From Eubacteriales bacterium (GTDB lineage: Bacteria > Bacillota > Clostridia > Oscillospirales > CAG-272), in contig JBGVPY010000022.1 in assembly GCA_045127235.1 (NCBI GenBank), positions 264-64,263 of the forward strand: a stretch of 64,000 nt of DNA. The letters run 5' to 3'. Positions within the stretch are counted from its first letter, which is position 1. Each line of letters opens with the position of its first letter. Below, piece after piece: positions 45,158-54,893 of the stretch. The notes beneath the pieces are model-generated. The model was not told where the DNA came from and made no database searches. It worked only from the letters and a program-made list of their open reading frames with translations. Made by a program: the position numbers and the translations under genes.

Positions 45158-45186
45158 TTTTTTAATCCTCGTTTTCCGTAAGCAAA

Positions 45187-46578
45187 TTATTTGCAGAATG
45201 CAACTAAAGCCTTATGAGCTTGATAAATATCGTTCTTAGAGATAACCTCAAGTGGAGCGTGCATTGAAAGAACTGCAACGCCTAAGTCAACTGTGTTGAT
45301 GTTTTGGTTAGCGATATACATAGCAACTGTTCCGCCACCGCCTACATCAATTTTGCCAAGCTCAGCAGTTTGCCAAATTACGCCTGCATCCTTGAATACC
45401 TTTCTTAAGTAGCCTACATATTCAGCGCTTGCATCGTTTGTGGAGCTCTTTCCGCCACCGCCTGTGTATTTGTTCATAACAACGCCACAGTTCATAATTG
45501 CGCTGTTTCTCTTTTCAAATACGTCTGGGTACATTGGGTCATATGCTGCGCTAACGTCAGCAGATAAGCACATTGAGTTAGATCTAACTACATTTGCGTT
45601 ACCGCCTAAGTTTCTTGAAATTTCTTCAATTAAGTCAACGATAAGACGGCACTTCATACCGCTTACGCCCTCAGAGCCAATTTCTTCCTTATCAGCTAAA
45701 ATACACATAATTGTATGCTCGCTATTCTTACATTCCATAATAGCTGTAAGTGATGGGTATGCGCAAACTCTGTCATCGTGGCCGTATGCGCCAATCATTG
45801 AGCGGTCAAGGCCTAAGTCTCTTGATTTGCCTGATGGAACTGCCATAAGCTCAGCGCTTACAAAATCGCTTTCTGTAATGCCGTATTTTTCATTTAAGAT
45901 TTTAAGCATATTGAACTTAACCTTATCCTCAGTTGCACCGTCAAGTGGCTCAGAGCCGATTAAAAGGTTAAGGCTTTCGCCTGCATGAGCTGTGCCAAGC
46001 GGCTTTTGGCTTTGCTCTCTTGCAAGGTGTGGGAGAAGGTCTGTAATGCAGAATACAGGGTCATTATCATCTTCGCCGATAACTACCTCTACATTTTGAC
46101 CGTCAACGGTTGTAACAACGCCGTGTAATGCAAGTGGAATTGTTACCCATTGGTACTTTCTAATACCGCCATAGTAGTGTGTCTTTAAGTATGCAAAGCC
46201 CTCGTTTTCAAACATTGGGTGTTGCTTTAAGTCAAGGCGTGGAGAGTCAATGTGAGCGGCACAAATTCTGATTCCGTTTTCGATATTTTCTGTACCTGCA
46301 ACGAATGCGAATAAGCTCTTGTCTCTATTGTTAAGGTAGTATTTGCCACCCTTTTCAATTTTTTCGCCAAGCTTGTATTCCTTAAATCCTTCATTTGAAA
46401 GCATTTTGATTGCTTCCTTAACTGCTTCTCTTTCTGTTTTTGCATTGTCAAGGAACGCTTTATAGCCCTCGGAATAATCCATAACAGCCTTTGCTTCCTT
46501 TGCGCTTGCTACATCAAAAGCGTTTTCCTTTTTGTAGAAAAGCTTTTCCTTTAATTCTTTGAGTTCCTTCTTGTTCAT
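45187..46578 (-). CDS. M18-family aminopeptidase
   Basis: 463 aa. AAHIDSPR, HDDRVC, DKEEIGS, SMHAP metal-site motifs. Confidence 0.75.
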   Translation of the reverse strand: MNKKELKELKEKLFYKKENAFDVASAKEAKAVMDYSEGYKAFLDNAKTEREAVKEAIKMLSNEGFKEYKLGEKIEKGGKYYLNNRDKSLFAFVAGTENIENGIRICAAHIDSPRLDLKQHPMFENEGFAYLKTHYYGGIRKYQWVTIPLALHGVVTTVDGQNVEVVIGEDDNDPVFCITDLLPHLAREQSQKPLGTAHAGESLNLLIGSEPLDGATEDKVKFNMLKILNEKYGITESDFVSAELMAVPSGKSRDLGLDRSMIGAYGHDDRVCAYPSLTAIMECKNSEHTIMCILADKEEIGSEGVSGMKCRLIVDLIEEISRNLGGNANVVRSNSMCLSADVSAAYDPMYPDVFEKRNSAIMNCGVVMNKYTGGGGKSSTNDASAEYVGYLRKVFKDAGVIWQTAELGKIDVGGGGTVAMYIANQNINTVDLGVAVLSMHAPLEVISKNDIYQAHKALVAFCK

Positions 46579-46592
46579 TTTATATACTCCTT

Positions 46593-47201
46593 TTAATAAT
46601 TTTTCGTTTCAAGATTTGATATGATTTCGGTAATTTGAGCTTCTACGCTTTTGTTACCGGAATTATCAATTTCATAGGTGCATTTTGCTCTTAATTCATC
46701 ATCTGTTAATTGACTACTTACGCGAGCTAATGCTTTTTCATAAGTGATTCCGTCGCGGCTGATTATTCTTTGAAGCTTTGTATCTAACGGTGCGGTAACA
46801 CAAATTGTTACGTCGCACAAAATGTAAAATCCACTTTCAAAAAGCACAGGCGCGTCTACTAAAACGCCCTTATAGCCGTTTTGCTCGCTTTCCTTTATTA
46901 TTCTTTCAGTTTCCCTTTGAATATAGAAGTGAGTGATTTTGTTAAGCTGATTTAGTCTTTCCTTGGAGTTCTCTCCCTCAAATACGCTTTTAGAAAGCTC
47001 CTTTCGGTTTAGACTTCCGTCGGGATTAAGAATTGAAGTGCCAAAGTATTCCTTAAGCTCCTTGACGCACTCGGATTTTGGTGTGGCTAAATCACGATAC
47101 ACTCTGTCGGTGTCAATCCATTTATAGCCGTAGGTTGAAAAAAGCTTACAGACATATCCCTTGCCTGAGCCACTTGAGCCGCATATGCCGATTTTAATCA
47201 T
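46593..47201 (-). CDS. coaE: Dephospho-CoA kinase
   Basis: P-loop GICGSSGSGKG and DAPVLFE. 202 aa. Confidence 0.9.
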   Translation of the reverse strand: MIKIGICGSSGSGKGYVCKLFSTYGYKWIDTDRVYRDLATPKSECVKELKEYFGTSILNPDGSLNRKELSKSVFEGENSKERLNQLNKITHFYIQRETERIIKESEQNGYKGVLVDAPVLFESGFYILCDVTICVTAPLDTKLQRIISRDGITYEKALARVSSQLTDDELRAKCTYEIDNSGNKSVEAQITEIISNLETKNY

Positions 47202-48327
47202 GGTCGGTTACCTCAACTCTCATTTCAGAGCCTAATTCATCTGAAGCGTATGCTTTTTCAAGAACTAGCTGAACATATGCTCCGTCATCAAATGAAATAG
47301 ATGGCTTTTCATTATTAGCAACACAGTTAACGAAAGAGTAATAATTACCAAGGTGGCCTCTTAGCCAACCGATTGGCGCTTTAATGCCTGGAAAAATTCC
47401 GCCCGGGGAAGGATAACGGTTAACACACTCAATTTTTGTGTATCCCCTTTCGCCACCATATTCTCCATCGTTTGCTTCGCATGAATAGTATTCAAGAAAG
47501 TTTATATCCATAAGGCTGAAGCGTATGCTTCCCTTTTCGCCATGAATTTCAAAATTCAGGTCATCGTTAGAGCCTGTTGTAATTTTGCTAACTGTTATTG
47601 TGCCGACTGCACCGTTTTTAAGTGTTGCAAGCATGTAAAACGCTTCATCGGCATTGGTGCGCCAATTTTTGCCGTTTAAGCCCTTACGCCTTGGAAATGC
47701 AATTTGTCCTTTGCCGTAAACGGATTTGAATTTACCACACAGATAATAAATCAGGTCAACAGCATGTGAGCCTAAGTCAAAAAGCACTCCGCCACCGCAT
47801 ACTGTTCTGTCCTGCTTCCAGCCTGTTTTATTAACATCCAACGCGCTTGAATGATGATATTCTGCGCTGAATGAAAGAATTCTGCCAAGCTTGCCGTTTT
47901 CAATTAGCTCCTTTGCTTTTATGACAGGGGAAAGAAAGCGGTTATTAAATACCATATGGCATTTCACTCTATGTAGTCTTGCAAGGCGAGAAAGCTCTCT
48001 TGCTTGCTCATAGGTTACGGCAAGAGGTTTTTCACAGTAAATGTGCTTTCCTGCCAAAATAGCTTTTTTTGCGGTTTCGTAATGGTATATATTCGGTGTG
48101 CAAATATCAATAGCGTCAATGGATTTATCGTTTATGATATTGTCCTCGTTATCGGTATAGCGTGGAATTCCAAATTGCTCGCTTGCTTTTTTAGCATTTT
48201 CAATATTTTTAGTGCATACCGCTACAATTTCTGCATGGGGAGCATTTTCAAAAAAGAATTTTAAGTTATTAACACAATATAGATGTGTTTTTCCCATTGA
48301 GCCAAAGCCTAAAAGTCCTATTTTCAT
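47194..48327 (-). CDS. Gfo/Idh/MocA-family oxidoreductase
   Basis: Rossmann IGLLGFGSMG and the EKP motif (YCEKPLA). 377 aa. Confidence 0.8.
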   Translation of the reverse strand: MKIGLLGFGSMGKTHLYCVNNLKFFFENAPHAEIVAVCTKNIENAKKASEQFGIPRYTDNEDNIINDKSIDAIDICTPNIYHYETAKKAILAGKHIYCEKPLAVTYEQARELSRLARLHRVKCHMVFNNRFLSPVIKAKELIENGKLGRILSFSAEYHHSSALDVNKTGWKQDRTVCGGGVLFDLGSHAVDLIYYLCGKFKSVYGKGQIAFPRRKGLNGKNWRTNADEAFYMLATLKNGAVGTITVSKITTGSNDDLNFEIHGEKGSIRFSLMDINFLEYYSCEANDGEYGGERGYTKIECVNRYPSPGGIFPGIKAPIGWLRGHLGNYYSFVNCVANNEKPSISFDDGAYVQLVLEKAYASDELGSEMRVEVTDHD

Positions 48328-48448
48328 AAAGCGTCTCCTTTACCAAAATTGCATTTTCATTATATTATAACATTTAAATATTTATTTTGCAATAGCTTAT
48401 ATAAAATAAATAAAAATAAATACCTCGCAAAAGCAAGGTATTTACTGT

Positions 48449-50131
48449 TTAATAATTGAAATTGAAATGAGACATTGTTAAGCCTGTGTTTGAATTTGCA
48501 AGATACGCTTTTAGACTTTCCATAATCGCTTGGTAGCATAAAAAATACGCTTGTCTCATATTTTCGGCGGGGGGAGTGTCGCTATCGTTGTATCTAAACA
48601 CAGAAATGTCAAACAAATTATTGAAGTCGGTAGCGTAATTTTTTGCAGGATTTTTGACGTTTACCATACCCATAATGGTTGTTTGGTCAAGCTTCATATC
48701 GTAGAAGGATAATAAATATTTTTCTGACACTCCGTTTATGTAGAGCTCTGCATAATGAAGTCTTTTTGAATTTTGTAAGAGATACATTCTGATAGTAATT
48801 TCCGATGTTTCGGAGTTCATTATGTAATAGAATTCAAAGCCTATTTCGTTTCCGTCTCCGCCTTGCTTTTGATAAATCGTGTATTCATCGCCATCTACTG
48901 CCTGAGCGTGAAGCATAATATTTACAGAAAGAATATCAAAGGCGTTATCTGCCAGCATCTTTGAGTACAAGCTTGATACGGTTATTGGGGTGCTTGTATT
49001 AAGAGTTGTAATTTGAGTTGCTTTTACTGAGAAATTAAGATTTTGAGCCTCTTCAATGGTAAGAGTGTTAATTCCAACCACTTGTCCGTTCTTATTGAGG
49101 AGTGGTCCTCCGCTGTTTCCTGATGAAATTGGCGCGGTAATTGCAATGCAATCCATGCCTGAAATTTTAACCGAAGGATTAGATACAATGCCTACGCTAA
49201 AAATATCAGTAACGCCCATTGGGCTGCCTAAGGTATATACAGTATCTCCTGTTTTAAGTGGCTCGGTTGAAAGCTCTAAGCACGGCGTGTTTTGCTTTTC
49301 TATTTGAATTATAGCCACATCCTCGGCTTTATTGTAGCCAAGAACATTGGAAACGGTGTAGGTTGAGTTATCGGAATAAAGAGTTACCTTTAAGGAATAT
49401 GCGGTGTTTATTACATGGAAGTTGGTGGCGATTTTTCCGTCATTGCTGATAAAGAAGCCTGAGCCTAATGAATATCTACGACCCGCCTTATCGTAGGCAT
49501 CTATTCTAACCATTGCATTAGACACCATATCGTAAATTTCGCCGTTGGTTAATGTGCTGTCTGTTGGGTCATCGGAAATTTCGATTTTAGGAACAAAATC
49601 ATCCTTTTTAGTAAAATCGCAAATTTTACATGTATATGTGGTGTAGCCATCTTCCGTTGTTGTAGGTAATGTTACGAATGATGCAAAATTATGTTCTTCT
49701 GTTACTGAAAGCATTTTTGTTTCAAGGTCAATGCCGCAGCTACTACAAAATAGCTTTTCTGTGCCTGTATCCTTACAGGTTGGATTTTTTGTAACTGTCC
49801 ATTTGCCATTTGTGTGTCCTAATTTTGCTATTGCTCTTGAATCTACTACCTTGTTACAGGATGTGCAAATTCTTTCCTCTGAGCCCGGGAGCTGACATGT
49901 TGGCTCTTTTGCTATTCTCCAAACATCGCCTGTATGATTGCCCTTTGGCTTAAAGTCAAATAAAAGCTCATCGCCACAACCGGTGCAAAGCCTTTGGGTG
50001 TGTCCGTTTTCAACACATGTTGATGGAAATACGGTTTCCACATAGTTGTGCTCATGCTTGTCCTTGCAGGATGACATTACAAAAATTGAAATTATTATTA
50101 AAAATACAGTAGGTATGATTTTTTTGAGCAT
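48449..50131 (-). CDS. Secreted/lipoprotein trypsin-like serine protease with N-terminal Cys-rich repeats
   Basis: Lipobox VMSSC. About 3.5 repeats of H-x(n)-TC-x(3)-G-x(5)-C-x(2)-C. Protease motifs TNFHV and SSGNSGGPL. Confidence 0.7.
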   Translation of the reverse strand: MLKKIIPTVFLIIISIFVMSSCKDKHEHNYVETVFPSTCVENGHTQRLCTGCGDELLFDFKPKGNHTGDVWRIAKEPTCQLPGSEERICTSCNKVVDSRAIAKLGHTNGKWTVTKNPTCKDTGTEKLFCSSCGIDLETKMLSVTEEHNFASFVTLPTTTEDGYTTYTCKICDFTKKDDFVPKIEISDDPTDSTLTNGEIYDMVSNAMVRIDAYDKAGRRYSLGSGFFISNDGKIATNFHVINTAYSLKVTLYSDNSTYTVSNVLGYNKAEDVAIIQIEKQNTPCLELSTEPLKTGDTVYTLGSPMGVTDIFSVGIVSNPSVKISGMDCIAITAPISSGNSGGPLLNKNGQVVGINTLTIEEAQNLNFSVKATQITTLNTSTPITVSSLYSKMLADNAFDILSVNIMLHAQAVDGDEYTIYQKQGGDGNEIGFEFYYIMNSETSEITIRMYLLQNSKRLHYAELYINGVSEKYLLSFYDMKLDQTTIMGMVNVKNPAKNYATDFNNLFDISVFRYNDSDTPPAENMRQAYFLCYQAIMESLKAYLANSNTGLTMSHFNFNY

Positions 50132-50325
50132 TGTTTTTTCCTTCTTTAAAAAATTTACATTGTTATTTTAACATATAAGTATAAAAAAGTCAATAATATT
50201 GCACTTGGACTTTTTATGCCTGATAAACTTGACATTTTATGAAATACATTATATAATCAAATTACAGAACAAAAAATTCAAGGTGGAGATATAGAACTGT
50301 CTCCTGTCTCCATAAAAAACAATAA

Positions 50326-50362
50326 CAAAATACCGACCTGAAAACAGGTCGGTATTTGTTTT
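50326..50362 (-). terminator. Intrinsic terminator
   Basis: aaataccgacctg-aaaa-caggtcggtattt with a T-run on the minus strand. Confidence 0.7.
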
Positions 50363-50369
50363 GTTGGGA

Positions 50370-51794
50370 TTAGTTGTTTTCGAATTTGCCCATGATGTAT
50401 TCATCGATGGCTTTTGCAGAGGCTTTGCCTGCGCCCATGGCGAGAATTACGGTTGCGGCGCCTGTTACGGCATCGCCGCCTGCGAATACGCCTTCGCGAG
50501 AGGTTTGACCGTTTTCATCGGCTATGATTCCGCCCCATGAATGTGTATCAAGTCCCTCTGTGGTGGATTTGATAAGTGGGTTTGGAGATGTGCCAAGAGC
50601 CATAATTACGCAGTCAACATCAATAATGTGATGGCTATCAGGCTTGATTGATGGTCTTCTTCTTCCGCTTTCATCAGGGTCGCCAAGTACCATTTTCACA
50701 CACTTGATGCCACATACTGTGTTATTTTTTGGGTCTCTTTTATCGTTTTCATTATAGTAGCCAAGGATTTCGGTTGGGTTGGTTAATGTTTTAAATATAA
50801 CGCCTTCCTCTTGTGCATGCTCAACCTCTTCTGCTCTTGCAGGTAATTCCTCGATACCTCTTCTATAAATTATATAGACCTCTGCGCCAAGTCTTTTTGC
50901 ACAACGAGCTGCATCCATTGCAACATTACCGCCACCTACTACTGCAACCTTTTTGGCTTGCATAATTGGTGTATCGGAGTTGTTTTCATAGGCTTTCATA
51001 AGAGTCATTCTTGTTAAAAACTCGTTAGCTGAATAAACGCCCTTAAGTCCCTCGCCCTTGATATTCATAAACTTAGGAAGTCCTGCACCTGAGCCGATAA
51101 ATACGGCTTCATAGCCCATATCGTCCATAAGCTCATCAATGGTAATTGTTTTGCCTACAACTACATTGGTTTGAATTTCAACACCTAATGCTTCAAGTCC
51201 TTTAATTTCCTTTTTTACAATTTCCTTTGGAAGTCTAAATTCGGGAATACCATAAACTAAAACTCCGCCGGGAGTATGTAATGCTTCAAAAATTGTTACC
51301 TTATAGCCTTTTCTAACTAAATCGGATGCACAAGCAAGACCTGATGGTCCTGAGCCAATTACTGCCACCTTGTGTCCGTTATTTGATATATTTTCAGGCC
51401 AAGATTTGCAATTTTGGTTATGGTAATCGGCTACAAATCTTTCAAGTCTGCCTATGGCTACGCTTTCGCCCTTTATACCTCTTACACATTTGCCCTCGCA
51501 TTGGTTTTCTTGTGGGCAAACTCTACCGCAAACGGCGGGGAGTGAGGATGAAATTGAAATAATTTCATATGCTTCCTCAAATTTGCCCTCTGCTACCTTA
51601 GCGATAAATTCGGGAATATATACCTTTACGGGACAGCCGCTAACGCATGGCTTGTGTCTGCAATTAAGACATCTTTTTGCTTCATCAATGGCTTGCTCGG
51701 GGGTATAGCCTAATGCTACCTCGTTAAAGTTCTTATTTCTTACATTTGGGTCTTGTACTGGCATTTGATTTCTTTTTAAGGACATATTTGGCAT
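50370..51794 (-). CDS. nfnB: NADPH-dependent glutamate-synthase-small-chain-like flavoprotein (NfnB / GltD-like)
   Basis: N-terminal Fe-S Cys clusters (CLNCRHKPC, CPV, CGRVCP...C..C) and two dinucleotide folds (GSGPSG, GGGNVAMD). 474 aa. Confidence 0.7.
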   Translation of the reverse strand: MPNMSLKRNQMPVQDPNVRNKNFNEVALGYTPEQAIDEAKRCLNCRHKPCVSGCPVKVYIPEFIAKVAEGKFEEAYEIISISSSLPAVCGRVCPQENQCEGKCVRGIKGESVAIGRLERFVADYHNQNCKSWPENISNNGHKVAVIGSGPSGLACASDLVRKGYKVTIFEALHTPGGVLVYGIPEFRLPKEIVKKEIKGLEALGVEIQTNVVVGKTITIDELMDDMGYEAVFIGSGAGLPKFMNIKGEGLKGVYSANEFLTRMTLMKAYENNSDTPIMQAKKVAVVGGGNVAMDAARCAKRLGAEVYIIYRRGIEELPARAEEVEHAQEEGVIFKTLTNPTEILGYYNENDKRDPKNNTVCGIKCVKMVLGDPDESGRRRPSIKPDSHHIIDVDCVIMALGTSPNPLIKSTTEGLDTHSWGGIIADENGQTSREGVFAGGDAVTGAATVILAMGAGKASAKAIDEYIMGKFENN

Positions 51795-51795
51795 A

Positions 51796-52635
51796 TTATT
51801 TTACCTCCTTAAAAAGATTGCATGTATCCTCGTGCTTATGTCTTTCAAAGCCGTGGTACATATTTGAACGGGACATTGCTTCATCAAAATCTATTTGATG
51901 TCCGTCAAATTCGGGACCGTCAACACAAGCAAACACCATTTTGCCGCCTACGGTAAGTCGGCATCCGCCACACATACCTGTGCCATCAATCATAATCGGG
52001 TTCATTGATGCTACTGTTTTAATACCATATTCTTTTGTTAATTGACAAACGAATTTCATCATAATAAGTGGACCGATGGTAATAACCTCATCGTATTTTT
52101 CGCCACCTTCAATGAGTTGCTTTAAAGCATCGGTTACAAGCCCTTTTTCACCTGCTGAACCGTCATCGCTCATTAAAACATATTTTGATGATGCATTTTT
52201 AAATTCGTTTTCTAAAATCACTAAATCCTTTGTTCTAAATCCACAAATTGCATGTACCTCACAGCCTAAGGAATATAGCTTTTTAGCCACAGGGTAGGCT
52301 ATTGCACATCCTACGCCACCACCAACAACAGCAACCTTTTTAAGTCCGTCTGTGTGAGTTGCTTTACCAAGAGGACCTACAAAATCATGTAAATAATCGC
52401 CCTCGTTTAAGTGGTTTAGCTTTTCAGTTGTTGCACCTACAATTTGGAAAATGATTGTAACTGTGCCCTTTACTCTATCGTAATCTGCAACTGTTAATGG
52501 AATTCTTTCGCCATTTTCATCAGTTCTTAAAATGATGAATTGTCCCGGCTCTGCCTTTTTAGCAACCATAGGAGCTTCAATTTCCATAAGTGTAACTGTT
52601 GGGTTTAATTCTTGCTTTTTTACTATTTTAAACAT
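51796..52635 (-). CDS. nfnA: Ferredoxin-NADP reductase-like FAD/NAD-binding subunit with C-terminal 2Fe-2S (NfnA / SudB-like)
   Basis: 279 aa. GQFIILR, RIPLT, GGGVG and the C-terminal CGGC...C motif. Adjacent to nfnB-like with a 1-nt gap. Confidence 0.7.
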   Translation of the reverse strand: MFKIVKKQELNPTVTLMEIEAPMVAKKAEPGQFIILRTDENGERIPLTVADYDRVKGTVTIIFQIVGATTEKLNHLNEGDYLHDFVGPLGKATHTDGLKKVAVVGGGVGCAIAYPVAKKLYSLGCEVHAICGFRTKDLVILENEFKNASSKYVLMSDDGSAGEKGLVTDALKQLIEGGEKYDEVITIGPLIMMKFVCQLTKEYGIKTVASMNPIMIDGTGMCGGCRLTVGGKMVFACVDGPEFDGHQIDFDEAMSRSNMYHGFERHKHEDTCNLFKEVK

Positions 52636-52636
52636 A

Positions 52637-53467
52637 TTAATTATTCGCCTTTGATAATTTTTCCTTTAATAATTGGTAGAAGCTGCGTTCGCTTACCTTA
52701 ATAACCTTTGCGCTTCCCTCTGATTTTTTTATTCTAACTATGTCGCCGTTCTTGATGTCTATGCTATCGCTTCCATCAACCTCAAGTGTTACATTGCCCT
52801 TTTTAGTAATGTTATCTATTGTAACCTTAATTTCAACCACATCATCCCCTGCAATAACTAATGGTGTTGATGGGAAATATATTGGAGCAATTTGAGTTAT
52901 AACCATATTATTTGCAGTTGGTGTTAGAATAGGACCGCCTGCTGAAAGATTATATGATGTTGAGCCTGTTGGTGTAGAAACGATAATTCCATCGCCGAGT
53001 GCTGTATTGGTATGCTTGCCGTTTATGTAAAGCTCCATTTTAAACGCCTTCATAAGAGTGGCTCTGTTTAAAACAACCTCGTTAAGTGATATAAAGCTAT
53101 TTAGCGTTTTGCCATCACGAATAATTTCGCAATTTAACATTAAGCGATTTTCCACAATGTATTCGCCCTTGATAACCCTGTTTATCGCCTCTATTGCGCC
53201 ATCGGGATTACATTCAGTAAGATAGCCTAAGTGTCCAAAGTTTATACCTAAAACAGGGATATTGCTTGGATAAAGCTGTTTGCTTGCTCTTAAAACTGTG
53301 CCATCTCCGCCTAAGACTAGGGCAAAATCAGCATTGCCTTTAAATTGCTCATTTTCGCCTAAAATTATAGGGTTATAGCCTGCTTCAATAAGAACCTTTT
53401 CTGCTTCTTTTGAAAATGCAAGGCTTTTTTCCTTTAAGTAGTTAGGAATAATTATTGCGGTTTTCAT
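52637..53467 (-). CDS. nadK: NAD kinase
   Basis: GGDGT motif and TPTGSTSYNLSAGGP. Start moved to the ATG following GAGAGGG. Confidence 0.85.
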   Translation of the reverse strand: MKTAIIIPNYLKEKSLAFSKEAEKVLIEAGYNPIILGENEQFKGNADFALVLGGDGTVLRASKQLYPSNIPVLGINFGHLGYLTECNPDGAIEAINRVIKGEYIVENRLMLNCEIIRDGKTLNSFISLNEVVLNRATLMKAFKMELYINGKHTNTALGDGIIVSTPTGSTSYNLSAGGPILTPTANNMVITQIAPIYFPSTPLVIAGDDVVEIKVTIDNITKKGNVTLEVDGSDSIDIKNGDIVRIKKSEGSAKVIKVSERSFYQLLKEKLSKANN

Positions 53468-53571
53468 TTTTGCCCTCTCTTTCATATTATGGTAATATAT
53501 TTTAACATTTTATTATATATTTGTCAATTATAAAATGAAAAACAAACGCAAAACGCGCTTGTTTTTCGGTT

Positions 53572-54180
53572 TTATATTTTTTTAACCTTATCAAATGCAG
53601 GGTTGTAGCCATAGAAGTTCTTACTATCCATATGGTCTTGAGCTATGCCTAAGGCGTCGCAGAAGCGTTGGTAGTGAACTACCTCTCTTGCTCTTAAGAA
53701 TTTAATTGCATCGCAAACATCGGGGTCATCAACTAAGCGAAGGATGTTGTCGTAGGTTGCTCTTGCCTTTTGCTCAGCTGCTAAGTCCTCGTGAAGGTCG
53801 GCAAGCACGTCGCCCTTGGATTGGAATTGAGCAGCAGTATATGGATACCCGCTGGCGGCAACGGGGTATATACCTGTTGTATGGTCAACAAAATAGGTAT
53901 CAAAGCCGCTCTTTACGATTTCATCGGGAGTTAGGTTTCTTGTGAGCTGATAAAGTATAGATGAAACCATCTCAACGTGACCGAGCTCCTCTACTCCAAC
54001 GTCCGTTAAAATGCCTACTACCTTATCGTATGGCATTGCAAATCTTTGAGTAAGATAACGAAGTGATGCGCCAATCTCGCCATCAGGACCGCCAAGTTGT
54101 GACACAATGATTTGGGCGTATTTAGGGTTTGGATTTTTTATTTTAACGGGGTACTGTAATTTTTTCTCGTATAAAAACAT
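53572..54180 (-). CDS. cotJC: Manganese-catalase-family spore coat protein CotJC
   Basis: GGPDGEIGA, EELGHVEM, ferritin-like motifs. Directly follows cotJB. Confidence 0.85.
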   Translation of the reverse strand: MFLYEKKLQYPVKIKNPNPKYAQIIVSQLGGPDGEIGASLRYLTQRFAMPYDKVVGILTDVGVEELGHVEMVSSILYQLTRNLTPDEIVKSGFDTYFVDHTTGIYPVAASGYPYTAAQFQSKGDVLADLHEDLAAEQKARATYDNILRLVDDPDVCDAIKFLRAREVVHYQRFCDALGIAQDHMDSKNFYGYNPAFDKVKKI

Positions 54181-54183
54181 CTC

Positions 54184-54438
54184 TTATCTCCTTTCCTCGT
54201 CTTGCCAAGGCCATGGTCCCTTTGTCCATTGCCAATTATCTGTTTCATAGGGCATTGTTAGAGGGCCGTATTTTTGCTCGTATTCCTGCCTTGCTCTTTG
54301 GCTGAGCTTACTGCATTTATTATAGTAGCATTGGGCTTCCTTTGAGTCTGGATATGCATCAAGATATAAGAGTGTATCGTATAAAGCGAAATCGTATGCT
54401 TGGATTTGCTTTAAAAGTCTTTCTCTGTTATTCATCAT
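54184..54438 (-). CDS. cotJB: Spore coat protein CotJB
   Basis: 84 aa. LLKQIQAYDFALYDTLLYLDAYPD signature and operon position. Confidence 0.75.
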   Translation of the reverse strand: MMNNRERLLKQIQAYDFALYDTLLYLDAYPDSKEAQCYYNKCSKLSQRARQEYEQKYGPLTMPYETDNWQWTKGPWPWQDEERR

Positions 54439-54737
54439 AAGCAGCCCTCCTTCATTTTGCAGGAGCAGCCTGTTGGGTAAAACGGCTTGTTAAGCTGTGT
54501 GAATATCGTTCCGTTGATTAATGCTATCTCAACATCGTAAATATCACAAAATTCTTGCTTTACAGGATATACCATTGCTAAATGAGTGTTGTTTTGGCAC
54601 ACACAGGGTTCGGTGTTTGTCGGATAATTTGGCTTTTGCTCCATTCTTGGTACGATTCTGTTATTTAGTCCAAGAAGCTGAGAAAATTGCTCGTAATCCG
54701 CTCTTTGGGAGTATCTGCTATTTCCGTCAAATTTCAT
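54435..54737 (-). CDS. cotJA: Spore coat-associated protein CotJA-like
   Basis: Small ORF overlapping cotJB by 4 nt. LAMVYVP-like segment (LAMVYPVKQ). ATG at 54737 follows AAGGAG. Confidence 0.55.
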   Translation of the reverse strand: MKFDGNSRYSQRADYEQFSQLLGLNNRIVPRMEQKPNYPTNTEPCVCQNNTHLAMVYPVKQEFCDIYDVEIALINGTIFTQLNKPFYPTGCSCKMKEGCL

Positions 54738-54893
54738 ACTTTGTCTCCTTCTGAACGATTTTTTGTCGTTCATTACATATTATGACTTTTTTCGCCATTT
54801 GTTACATTTATAATAAATTTTAGATTTTTCTTCCATTTTTTAAAATAAAGTGCTATAATATAATTTACAGTCATTACGATTGGAGGTAGCTTT

